DNA from: an uncultured virus (IMG/VR IMGVR_UViG_3300031773_001380) | Taxonomy: Duplodnaviria > Heunggongvirae > Uroviricota > Caudoviricetes | Direction: 5' to 3' (one strand) | DNA: 64,000 nt | IMG/VR virus record: IMGVR_UViG_3300031773_001380 | Part shown: positions 48,453 through 56,313 of the stretch, piece by piece | How positions within the stretch are numbered: position 1 is the stretch's first letter | Layout of the letters: each line of letters opens with the position of its first letter | The notes under the pieces: generated by a model | Seen by the model: the letters and a program-made list of their open reading frames with translations, nothing else | What the model was told of the DNA's origin: nothing | Database searches by the model: none | Translations under genes and position numbers: made by a program

Positions 48453-48508
48453 TATAATATATATAATACTTTTATTCAAAATTACAAGTTCTTTTGGTAT
48501 TATTTACC

Positions 48509-49042
48509 CTAATTGAAAATATAATATACACTGGACCTAACTAAACCAGGTGGAACGACTTCTCCACTTCCATGCCACATCGTTTGTGCATTTGTTATAA
48601 AATATCCTGTATTAGATACAAAAGGAACTCTTATATAAGGTTCATATGCAGGGTCGCCATTTATATTACTCATATAAAATTCTGTTCCTGTTTCTTTTAA
48701 ACCTTCATCATCTGGTAAATATATTTGCATTGCACCTTCAACATCTTCATTATCTTTATGTACATTTATCTTATATCCAGGTGTGTCTTCCCATAACGAT
48801 GCTTTTACATTGGTAAACTTTTTTCCAGATAGTTCTTTTATCTGTGATAGTATTTCACTAGGATTGTCTATTGGAAGATCCCAAGAGCGTCTTTCTGTTT
48901 GATTAGGAACTTCTTTAGATGGAGTTTCCTTTTTAATTTTATTAAAAACTTTTATAGTTTCATCGTCAAAAACTCCACCAAGCAAGTATAAAGATTCTCC
49001 ATCAATTGTTGACTTCAAATATCTTGCTTCGGGAATTTCCAA
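48509..49042 (-). CDS. 2OG-Fe(II) oxygenase
   Basis: LWED..GY..HKDN...MQIYL...GTEFY...NTGY...WHG...RSS. Confidence 0.75.
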   Translation of the reverse strand: MEIPEARYLKSTIDGESLYLLGGVFDDETIKVFNKIKKETPSKEVPNQTERRSWDLPIDNPSEILSQIKELSGKKFTNVKASLWEDTPGYKINVHKDNEDVEGAMQIYLPDDEGLKETGTEFYMSNINGDPAYEPYIRVPFVSNTGYFITNAQTMWHGSGEVVPPGLVRSSVYYIFN

Positions 49043-49134
49043 TCAATTAACCTTGTTAGATAATAACATATCACACATATAAAGATACACCCAATCATCC
49101 TTGGAATAGAATCACTTGGTGGTTCTGCGTTCAG

Positions 49135-49557
49135 TTATTTTGTTTTTTTGCCTATGTTATACTTTGGTATCAACTCCCATTCACCTTTCTCTTTAAACGA
49201 AATAATTTTTATTTGGCTTAAAGGTGCGTAGTCTAGTTCTTGTTCAGTAACTATGTCTACAAGACCCCAATCGGATAATAGTTTACCTATGGTATTCCTT
49301 CGTTCTAAATCATTGTCTTGAAAGTCAGCTTCCTTGCCGTCTAAAGCAAATAGTTCTTTAAAGTGTGTTATAAAGTATCTGCCTTTCTTATGTAAGATAT
49401 GGCAGGACTGATATAATACTTTGTCCTTTTTTGAAGCTACTCCAATTCTCGACAATGTTTCACGAACCTTCAGGAAATCCTCTGGATCTTTTAGTGAAAC
49501 TTCTAAGGGTGTGTACCCTGGATAGTCAATATTAAAGTAATTCTCTTGATCACTCAT
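49135..49557 (-). CDS. regA: translational repressor
   Basis: FLKVRETLSRIG; LYQSCHILHKKGRYFITHFKELF. Confidence 0.95.
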   Translation of the reverse strand: MSDQENYFNIDYPGYTPLEVSLKDPEDFLKVRETLSRIGVASKKDKVLYQSCHILHKKGRYFITHFKELFALDGKEADFQDNDLERRNTIGKLLSDWGLVDIVTEQELDYAPLSQIKIISFKEKGEWELIPKYNIGKKTK

Positions 49558-49604
49558 TTCAATACGTCTCGTTTTATTCTATATAAAGTTTGGTTATAAT
49601 ACCT

Positions 49605-49612
49605 TATTTATA
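49605..49612 (-). promoter_or_regulatory. T4-type late promoter TATAAATA upstream of regA
   Basis: Exact box containing the gp62 stop codon. Confidence 0.6.
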
Positions 49613-50072
49613 TTTTGCCACCTTTAGACGTATTCAAATGTAACTTAATTAAGTCAATATCTGTCTGTGAAAGCAGATTTAATGTTTCTTTTGCCTTAAA
49701 AAAGCTATATCCGAAGAACTTCTGTATAGCTTCAATGTTATCTTCTTCTGATTTTAACCATTTATTATATCGTTTGGCTTTTCTTACTACACTCTTTAGA
49801 AAGTCATATTGTAACTTTTTATCTAAATGTGGTCTGGCATTCATTTCGTTACCTGCAATAATTGTGTCTTTGCCAAAGCCCATTGCACGATTTACTATGA
49901 AAGGATTGTATTCATTTTCTGTTCTTTCATCTACAATTAAGTTCTCTTTAGTATAGTTGATGCTATTAGCAAAGTCGAAAGGAGAAATCTTTTTCAGTTT
50001 ATGCTGAAACTCCTCCTCGTCTATTTCTTCTATAGGTTCTCCAAAACCTTCTAGAATTGCTTTTTCAACCAT
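49608..50072 (-). CDS. gp62: clamp loader small subunit
   Basis: PFDFANSIN, YNPFIVNR, QYDFL and C-terminal KGG. Confidence 0.9.
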   Translation of the reverse strand: MVEKAILEGFGEPIEEIDEEEFQHKLKKISPFDFANSINYTKENLIVDERTENEYNPFIVNRAMGFGKDTIIAGNEMNARPHLDKKLQYDFLKSVVRKAKRYNKWLKSEEDNIEAIQKFFGYSFFKAKETLNLLSQTDIDLIKLHLNTSKGGKI

Positions 50073-50152
50073 CTCCAAATCCTTGTTGCTAATATGTATG
50101 TTATAGAACCTATAAAGAACCATATGAAAAAGTTATACCACCAACTACTCAT
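50051..50152 (-). CDS. 33-aa hydrophobic peptide
   Basis: MSSWWYNFFIWFFIGSITYILATRIWRWLKKQF; ATGA coupling. Confidence 0.5.
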   Translation of the reverse strand: MSSWWYNFFIWFFIGSITYILATRIWRWLKKQF

Positions 50153-50211
50153 GATAAACCCCATACGGTTACCAATATAACTATTAATACTAATATCTGT
50201 TCTATAGTCAT
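50149..50211 (-). CDS. 20-aa hydrophobic peptide
   Basis: MTIEQILVLIVILVTVWGLS. Confidence 0.4.
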   Translation of the reverse strand: MTIEQILVLIVILVTVWGLS

Positions 50212-50212
50212 A

Positions 50213-50293
50213 TTAACTAAAACTGTAGCTGATTATTAAAAGTATTATGATAAAATATATTGTTAATATTTTTATGTCTGTATCGTTATCCAT
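50213..50293 (-). CDS. 26-aa hydrophobic peptide
   Basis: MDNDTDIKILTIYFIIILLIISYSFS; TAATG coupling. Confidence 0.45.
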   Translation of the reverse strand: MDNDTDIKILTIYFIIILLIISYSFS

Positions 50294-50457
50294 TAGAAAT
50301 GCCTTAAAACTCCTGCTATAATAAAAAAGCAGGTTATGAAGTTTACACCTACGACTATTGTTCTAAAGATAGCTACTGTATCAGCTTCCTTGGAATCATC
50401 GCTTGCTTTTTCTCCTAATGACATACACCACAATTTCCATAATCTACTTAAAGTCAA
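50293..50457 (-). CDS. 54-aa membrane protein
   Basis: LWKLWCMSLGEKASDDSKEADTVAIFRT...IIAGVLRHF; TTG start after AAGGA. Confidence 0.6.
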   Translation of the reverse strand: MTLSRLWKLWCMSLGEKASDDSKEADTVAIFRTIVVGVNFITCFFIIAGVLRHF

Positions 50458-50608
50458 TGTATTGTCCTTCTTTTAAAATACTGTAACCTTTTAACAATAG
50501 CTCAGTTACAGTGGTTTCCCTTATTTTAGCTTCTTCCTTGATTTCTTCCTTCAACGATGAAGGGACACGAATTATGATATTTGTGTCTTTAGGCTCTTTT
50601 TGTGCCAT
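50444..50608 (-). CDS. 54-aa ribbon-helix-helix-like protein
   Basis: NIIIRVPSSLKEEIKEEAKIRETTVTELL pattern. Confidence 0.6.
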   Translation of the reverse strand: MAQKEPKDTNIIIRVPSSLKEEIKEEAKIRETTVTELLLKGYSILKEGQYIDFK

Positions 50609-51547
50609 TTACTTAAATTCCACATTCGCCATAATTTCTGTCAAACAAGCTGTCAAGTTAATCTCCTGATCTGCAACAAATGCTGCTTTATACTGATAAT
50701 CAGCAATTAACAAGACTAGCTGAGGAACACTCTTAACCTCTGGGAGTAGAGTGTCGTATATTTGCCTAAATATACCCTGGGGGTCAGTATCTACATTATT
50801 AACGACCCACTGTCTCATCTTCTTCCAGTCCTTTTCCCTTAGACTCTCTACAAGGGCCTTAGCATTAATTTCCTGGAAGTTACTTAATATACCCTCATCA
50901 ACTTTATTCCCTGCGCTGTAACGCTGCAGTTCATTTATAACCCTTCTATAATCGGGAAAATACTTGTTTAAGAGCTCCGCTAATACCCTCTGATTATACT
51001 CTACACCTTCGGTATCTAGTATGTACTCCATCCTTTTTAGGAACTTAGAGGCTAATACAGGCTTATCTGAGGGTGCTAATTTAAAGTCTATAACAGTAGT
51101 CCTGCTATGTAGAGGGTCTATAAGTCTATTGGCATAGTTACATGTAAATATAAATCTACAGTTCTCAGAGAACGTCTCTATGAACCCTCTAAGTGCTGGT
51201 TGTACACTTTCCCTGTTCATATAGTCTGCCTCATCTAGAATAACAACCTTAGTCTTACCCTCAAATGATACAGCACTAGCAAAGCTTCGTATCTTAGTTC
51301 TGAGGGTATCTATCTGCCTACCTTCATCACTACCATTAATAACAATGTAATCACAACCTAACTCATTACACAAAGCACGAGCAATAGTTGTCTTACCTGT
51401 TCCTGCACTACCACTTAATAATAGATTAGGAACCTCTCCTTTTGCTATAAATTGTTTAAACTGTTCTTTTACCTGATCAGGTATAATACAGTCTTCTATG
51501 CGTGTGGGTCTATATTTCTCAACCCATAAAAATTGTCCAGGTTCCAT
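50609..51547 (-). CDS. gp44: clamp loader large subunit
   Basis: WVEKYRP, GSAGTGKT, DEADY and PLHSR. Confidence 0.95.
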   Translation of the reverse strand: MEPGQFLWVEKYRPTRIEDCIIPDQVKEQFKQFIAKGEVPNLLLSGSAGTGKTTIARALCNELGCDYIVINGSDEGRQIDTLRTKIRSFASAVSFEGKTKVVILDEADYMNRESVQPALRGFIETFSENCRFIFTCNYANRLIDPLHSRTTVIDFKLAPSDKPVLASKFLKRMEYILDTEGVEYNQRVLAELLNKYFPDYRRVINELQRYSAGNKVDEGILSNFQEINAKALVESLREKDWKKMRQWVVNNVDTDPQGIFRQIYDTLLPEVKSVPQLVLLIADYQYKAAFVADQEINLTACLTEIMANVEFK

Positions 51548-51619
51548 TATCTACTTCTCCAAACTAGCGAACTTTTTTTGCTCCAAAATTCTGGCCTTTT
51601 ATTCCTCGACATTTTTGAA

Positions 51620-52294
51620 TTATCGAATTTTCTCCTTAACGACGGTCGAATCTGAGAGATCTAAATCTATATGCTTACCTTCTGCCTCAGCAATAGCATC
51701 ATCTAAATCACCAAAGGTTTCTAACTCATTACTAACAGGCTCATCATTTAAGCTAGTAGTAACAGATGGCCATCCAAATGCTTTAACATTGTCTAAAACA
51801 TTTTCAGGGTTACTCTTTTCATAAGGGTCACCTTCAACGTCATCACCATAACCTTCTTCTACACCTGACCAGACAAGTTCTTTGTCATCATATACAGCTG
51901 CATATCTCCATGACCTTACACCAAATCCTAGGTTGTCTTTTCTAACATCCATACCTAATTTAATAGTAAAGTCTGCACTACCATCTGGAATCAACTTAAC
52001 ATTAACAAGACCCTGATCTATAGCCCACTCGTTCATAACGAATGTATCATTAACACTAACGCAATAAATATCATCTATTCCTGCTAGTCTAAACTCATGG
52101 TATAATGCTTCAAAACCTGGTAATTGTTGACCAGAACATGTAGGGGTAAACGCTCCAGGCAATCCAAATAAAACAATTTTCTTTCCTTCAAATAATTCTA
52201 ATGAGGATAATTCAACCCACTTGCTTACGCCGTCGGTTGTTCTTATATGTTTCTTAAAGATTGATGGAGGTATTTGTGGGTTTAACTCACTCAT
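51620..52294 (-). CDS. peroxiredoxin (Prx5-like)
   Basis: LPGAFTPTCS, SVNDTFVM and RSWRY. Confidence 0.9.
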   Translation of the reverse strand: MSELNPQIPPSIFKKHIRTTDGVSKWVELSSLELFEGKKIVLFGLPGAFTPTCSGQQLPGFEALYHEFRLAGIDDIYCVSVNDTFVMNEWAIDQGLVNVKLIPDGSADFTIKLGMDVRKDNLGFGVRSWRYAAVYDDKELVWSGVEEGYGDDVEGDPYEKSNPENVLDNVKAFGWPSVTTSLNDEPVSNELETFGDLDDAIAEAEGKHIDLDLSDSTVVKEKIR

Positions 52295-52469
52295 CTATTT
52301 CCTCCTGCGAAAATACATCTAGCTCACCCTTCATTACTTTTCTTACAAGCGAGATAGCTGGATTAGGGCGAGTAAATATATACTCAACTGTCTCACCAAA
52401 TTTATTGAACTCTACAATCCAACCATTTGTTGCCTCTCTAAGAGAGACTTCTAATTTATCTTCGTCCAT
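52287..52469 (-). CDS. hypothetical protein
   Basis: 60 aa; AGGAG RBS. Confidence 0.55.
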   Translation of the reverse strand: MDEDKLEVSLREATNGWIVEFNKFGETVEYIFTRPNPAISLVRKVMKGELDVFSQEEIDE

Positions 52470-52477
52470 TACGACTC

Positions 52478-53134
52478 CTATATATCTGATGAACGCTCAA
52501 GCGCCAACCAGTATTTCAAATCACCTTTACTGCTTTCCAAGTGCATAAACTTCTTCTGAGAAAGTATTACACTATAACCACCAGGAATAACCTTAAAGTT
52601 TTCCATTGCTAGTTTAGCATCAAAAGTTTTATCCGTAGTTCCTATAGCTTGTCTAAAACTATTAGACTTAGGTGTACTAGGGTCACCTACACTAATCACA
52701 ACCTCTCCATTATCACCTACAACACTCAACATAGGACCTGCTGTAATAGCAGCTGCCTTAAGTATCATATCTACATCATCTTTAGTTAAGTCAAACTGAA
52801 AGAATGTATCTACTTCGATACTTTTGTCAGGTGCACTAACAATAATGTTAGGATCTGCATAGAAATATTCGAACCTTGAGTTGCCTTTCGTAACCACTAA
52901 GGATTCGTCTCCAAACTCAACGTCTGTGTCTTCCATTAATGTAAGTAATGAAAGCAAACTATTTAGATCATAGATTGCGAATTCTTTAGGGAAGGATTCA
53001 CTAACTTCTGCTCTAGCAAAAATGTTTTTGCCTGTGCTTATTGTGGATAGTGTTGAACCTTCTCGAACAAGAATGTTTGTGTTAACTGTAGCAAAGTTCT
53101 TGAGGACTTCAAGAGTTTGTTTACTAATTTTCAT
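52478..53134 (-). CDS. gp45: sliding clamp
   Basis: MKISKQTLEVLKNFATVN, FAIYDLN and YWLALE. Confidence 0.95.
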   Translation of the reverse strand: MKISKQTLEVLKNFATVNTNILVREGSTLSTISTGKNIFARAEVSESFPKEFAIYDLNSLLSLLTLMEDTDVEFGDESLVVTKGNSRFEYFYADPNIIVSAPDKSIEVDTFFQFDLTKDDVDMILKAAAITAGPMLSVVGDNGEVVISVGDPSTPKSNSFRQAIGTTDKTFDAKLAMENFKVIPGGYSVILSQKKFMHLESSKGDLKYWLALERSSDI

Positions 53135-53166
53135 AATATACTCCAAATTTTTAAATCTATAACCGT

Positions 53167-53195
53167 ATTATAGATTCTTTCATACTAAAAGTCAA
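53167..53195 (-). promoter_or_regulatory. sigma70-type promoter for gp45 operon
   Basis: TTGACT-17 bp-TATAAT. Confidence 0.7.
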
Positions 53196-53212
53196 TATAG
53201 TAGGGTACCGTT

Positions 53213-53587
53213 TTAGGTATTATGTTCTACCAAAGTACCTGCAGTTCCGTCATCAATCTTTTGGATTGTGTATCCTATACCTCTAGAAGTGCAATCACTT
53301 TTAATTGCTGATTGAACTGCTGTCCAATTAGAACTTTTTAATGCACTACCATTACCTGTAGCATCTTCTACCAATGCCAGGTGAGCATTCCAAGTAGCTG
53401 CGTCAGGTGCATTAATCTCTGCTGTAAGTGTTAACTCGTCTTCTGAAAGAGAATAACTTACAGAAATACCTCGACTAGAATAATCAGCTAGTCTTTCGGT
53501 ATGAAGATCTGAATCATGGTCAGATATTTTAGGCCAATCAACTCCTGTGTTTGGTCTAGTATAAATTTGTCTTACGACGTATGCCAT
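53213..53587 (-). CDS. hypothetical late protein
   Basis: YTRPNTGVDW; GGAG RBS; follows a late promoter. Confidence 0.55.
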   Translation of the reverse strand: MAYVVRQIYTRPNTGVDWPKISDHDSDLHTERLADYSSRGISVSYSLSEDELTLTAEINAPDAATWNAHLALVEDATGNGSALKSSNWTAVQSAIKSDCTSRGIGYTIQKIDDGTAGTLVEHNT

Positions 53588-53616
53588 TTTGGTCTCCAAT
53601 AATTGTCTTACACTCT

Positions 53617-53624
53617 TATTTATA
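53617..53624 (-). promoter_or_regulatory. T4-type late promoter TATAAATA
   Basis: Exact box inside ACTCTTA/TAAGAGT inverted repeat. Confidence 0.7.
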
Positions 53625-53644
53625 AGAGTTTTGTCTTTAATTTA

Positions 53645-54709
53645 CTAAAAAAGGTAGGCTTCCATATCATCTGGTAAGTCTTCAAACTCTAATAATCCTA
53701 ACTCATCATAATAAGGTCTAACTTTATCAGTTAATAATCCTATTCGTTTAATATTAGGTATAACCCTTCTTAATAGATACTTTCTCATGAGTTTAAAGTT
53801 CTTACCTAGTTCAGTTGTTTCAAATTCACATGCGTAATTATGTGCATCATCTGCATGCCAACCAAACTGTCTATAAAATCCAGATGTAAATCCAACTCTG
53901 TTTAATAATGTTTGGCAACATTCAAGAGCATAATTTGCTCTATATTCTAACTCTCCTTTATTTAAAGTACTTAAATAATCAGTTAAATAATTAATACCAA
54001 AAGTTATATGCCTTGCTTCATCTTGTAATATGTAATCCATTATCTCTGCTAAGAGAGGATCATTGGTTCTCTCTTTACAGATTTGGAATGTGCTTAATGC
54101 TAATCCTTCCACTACTATCTGTACAATAATAAATTTCAAGTCCCACTCTTTAGATGCTAATGCTTTATCAAAAATATGTTTCACACCATCTTGGATAGGA
54201 TAAACACAACCATATCTTTCTTTAATATATCGTTGCATTGTTTCAGCATGTCTTGCTTCATCTGCTGCTTGTTGTGCTGCATATAATTTTGCTTGGAATG
54301 TTGGTGCACAGCTTACAAGTTGGCCACAACATATTGCACCCATTTGTTCACCGTGCAAGATAGATGATAACTGCCACAGGTTTTTATGTTTCTGAAATTC
54401 TCTCTTATCATCATCAGAAAGCTCTCTATATGGTCTATAGTTAAACCAAAAAGGATCGTCTCCCTCAGGCCATTGTCCTAATACATTAATGTCTCCTGGA
54501 TGTTCTATAGTCCAATCAATATCTGTAGTAGGATTCCAAGCTCTTTCTTTACCTAACTCATATATTTTTCTAATACGATTATCTTCTATCTTATAGTCCC
54601 AATTATAAGAAGCCTCCAAAGGTGAATCAAATAATTCAACTAAGTCTGAATCGTTCTGAGATGGAAACTCCTGAAAACTATCAGGAGTATTTACTTGAGT
54701 GATTTTCAT
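53645..54709 (-). CDS. ferritin-like diiron oxygenase (AurF-like fold)
   Basis: HGEQ...DEARH...VEGLA...DEARH diiron ligands. Confidence 0.8.
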   Translation of the reverse strand: MKITQVNTPDSFQEFPSQNDSDLVELFDSPLEASYNWDYKIEDNRIRKIYELGKERAWNPTTDIDWTIEHPGDINVLGQWPEGDDPFWFNYRPYRELSDDDKREFQKHKNLWQLSSILHGEQMGAICCGQLVSCAPTFQAKLYAAQQAADEARHAETMQRYIKERYGCVYPIQDGVKHIFDKALASKEWDLKFIIVQIVVEGLALSTFQICKERTNDPLLAEIMDYILQDEARHITFGINYLTDYLSTLNKGELEYRANYALECCQTLLNRVGFTSGFYRQFGWHADDAHNYACEFETTELGKNFKLMRKYLLRRVIPNIKRIGLLTDKVRPYYDELGLLEFEDLPDDMEAYLF

Positions 54710-54714
54710 ATCAA

Positions 54715-54722
54715 TATTTATA
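54715..54722 (-). promoter_or_regulatory. T4-type late promoter TATAAATA
   Basis: Exact box 5 nt before ATG. Confidence 0.7.
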
Positions 54723-54724
54723 CA

Positions 54725-55048
54725 TTAATCATCTAAGTAGTGCTTCACTGCATGGATATCATGTTCGTTTAGTGCAATAATAGCGTAATGTAAAACCTTC
54801 ATTAGATCACGTCTGTGGTCTTCATGGTTACCTTTTTTTCCATATCGTTGTGCATACTTTAGAATATTACCTATGGCAAATCCAATTCCGTGTCCACAAT
54901 CACTAATGAATTCTGTTGATTGAAATTTGTTCTTTGAGTAGTGTCCATTATAAGTTTCATCGATATAAGATTGGAGCTCCCTAATGAGAGCTCCTTCGTT
55001 GAACTTATAAGGTACAGTATCAGCTGCTTTCTTACTCGGCATCTTCAT
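54725..55048 (-). CDS. DUF3310-like protein
   Basis: HYS...GFAIGNILKYAQRYGKK...DLMKVLHY. Confidence 0.75.
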   Translation of the reverse strand: MKMPSKKAADTVPYKFNEGALIRELQSYIDETYNGHYSKNKFQSTEFISDCGHGIGFAIGNILKYAQRYGKKGNHEDHRRDLMKVLHYAIIALNEHDIHAVKHYLDD

Positions 55049-56219
55049 GTATCTCCTGTTCTGCTTCTGTTTCCATCTGTTGTTCTAGTTCAACAGTTGG
55101 ATCAACCTTAGTGTAAAGGTCTATGAATGCCTGTTTGGTATCATCATCAAACCTGTTAACACAAAGTTGAACTGCTTTTTGTTTGTCTCCAAACACTGCA
55201 AACGCATTAACAATATGTTCCAACCTTCTAGTTGAAATCAACTCGTCAATTGCACCGTCGTAATAAGTTCTTCTTATTACATCACTCCAAGTTACCAAGT
55301 GAGTTGCAAACTCATCGTCTTCGATGTTAGCCTTAGCCATTTTCTTAACAACGATCTTTTTCTCGGTAGCCATTGTAGGGTACTCCTGCTCCACGGTAAT
55401 GGCAAACCTTTCTAGGAATGCCTCGTCGAGTATGTTGGCGCTTATGAACTTGCCATCATCTGAACCTCGACCTTTTGTGTTGGCTGTTGCAACAATGTTA
55501 AAGCCGGGAGCAGGAGTAACGGTCTCGCCTGTCTTCTTGTTGAAGTAAGGTTTCCCCTCAAGGATGGCTTGTAAGCACATCAACTTGTTTGAACCCCTAT
55601 CTATTTCATCAAGAACTAAGACTGCCCCTCGCTTCATCGCGGTGAGGACGGGGCCTTCTCTGTAGACGACGTTACCGTCAACTAATGTATTGCCACCGAT
55701 TAAATCGTCCTCATCAGTTTCAATACTTATATTTACTCTTAATGCCTCTCTTTTAAGATTAGCACATACTTGTTCAACCATTGTAGTCTTACCATTACCT
55801 GATAATCCACTAATGAATATTGGGTAAAACATATTACCTTGTAATACGGATTTTAGGTCTTTGTAGAAACCAAATGGAACAAAAGTTTCGTCCTTACTTG
55901 GGATCAAGTCTTGAACATCAACTCTTAATTTGGCTTGAACAACCTCTACTGGTTGAGTTTCAACCACTGCAAGTGGAACCCTAGCTTCTGGAGCTGCTAC
56001 TGGAGCAACTGGTTTTGCTATTGTTTGACCACTGAACATGGTTGTAAGATTGTAGATGCCTCTGTCTACTTTATAGTCTGGTTTGTTTACCAACCAAGCT
56101 GGGAAACCAAGTCCTATTTCAGTAGAAGCTGCTATAATCTGCTTTCTTGTAAAAACACCTGTGCCATTGTCTTTGGACTCCAGGTTACTAATTAAGTTTT
56201 CTCTATCTTTTGCTTTCAT
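55032..56219 (-). CDS. CobS/MoxR-like AAA+ ATPase
   Basis: GLSGNGKT, LDEID, ATANTKG, LERF and ISTRRL. Confidence 0.85.
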   Translation of the reverse strand: MKAKDRENLISNLESKDNGTGVFTRKQIIAASTEIGLGFPAWLVNKPDYKVDRGIYNLTTMFSGQTIAKPVAPVAAPEARVPLAVVETQPVEVVQAKLRVDVQDLIPSKDETFVPFGFYKDLKSVLQGNMFYPIFISGLSGNGKTTMVEQVCANLKREALRVNISIETDEDDLIGGNTLVDGNVVYREGPVLTAMKRGAVLVLDEIDRGSNKLMCLQAILEGKPYFNKKTGETVTPAPGFNIVATANTKGRGSDDGKFISANILDEAFLERFAITVEQEYPTMATEKKIVVKKMAKANIEDDEFATHLVTWSDVIRRTYYDGAIDELISTRRLEHIVNAFAVFGDKQKAVQLCVNRFDDDTKQAFIDLYTKVDPTVELEQQMETEAEQEIHEDAE

Positions 56220-56239
56220 ATTATAATGTCCTCACATTT

Positions 56240-56293
56240 ATTATTTAATATACCGTTATTATGCACTCTGGTGAACCAAGAGTCAAGCATTTT
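56240..56293 (-). repeat. ~55-bp repeated early-promoter element, copy 2
   Basis: TTGACTCTTGGTTCACCAGAGTGCATAAT. Confidence 0.8.
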
Positions 56294-56313
56294 TTCTAAA
56301 TCTTTTGAAATAA

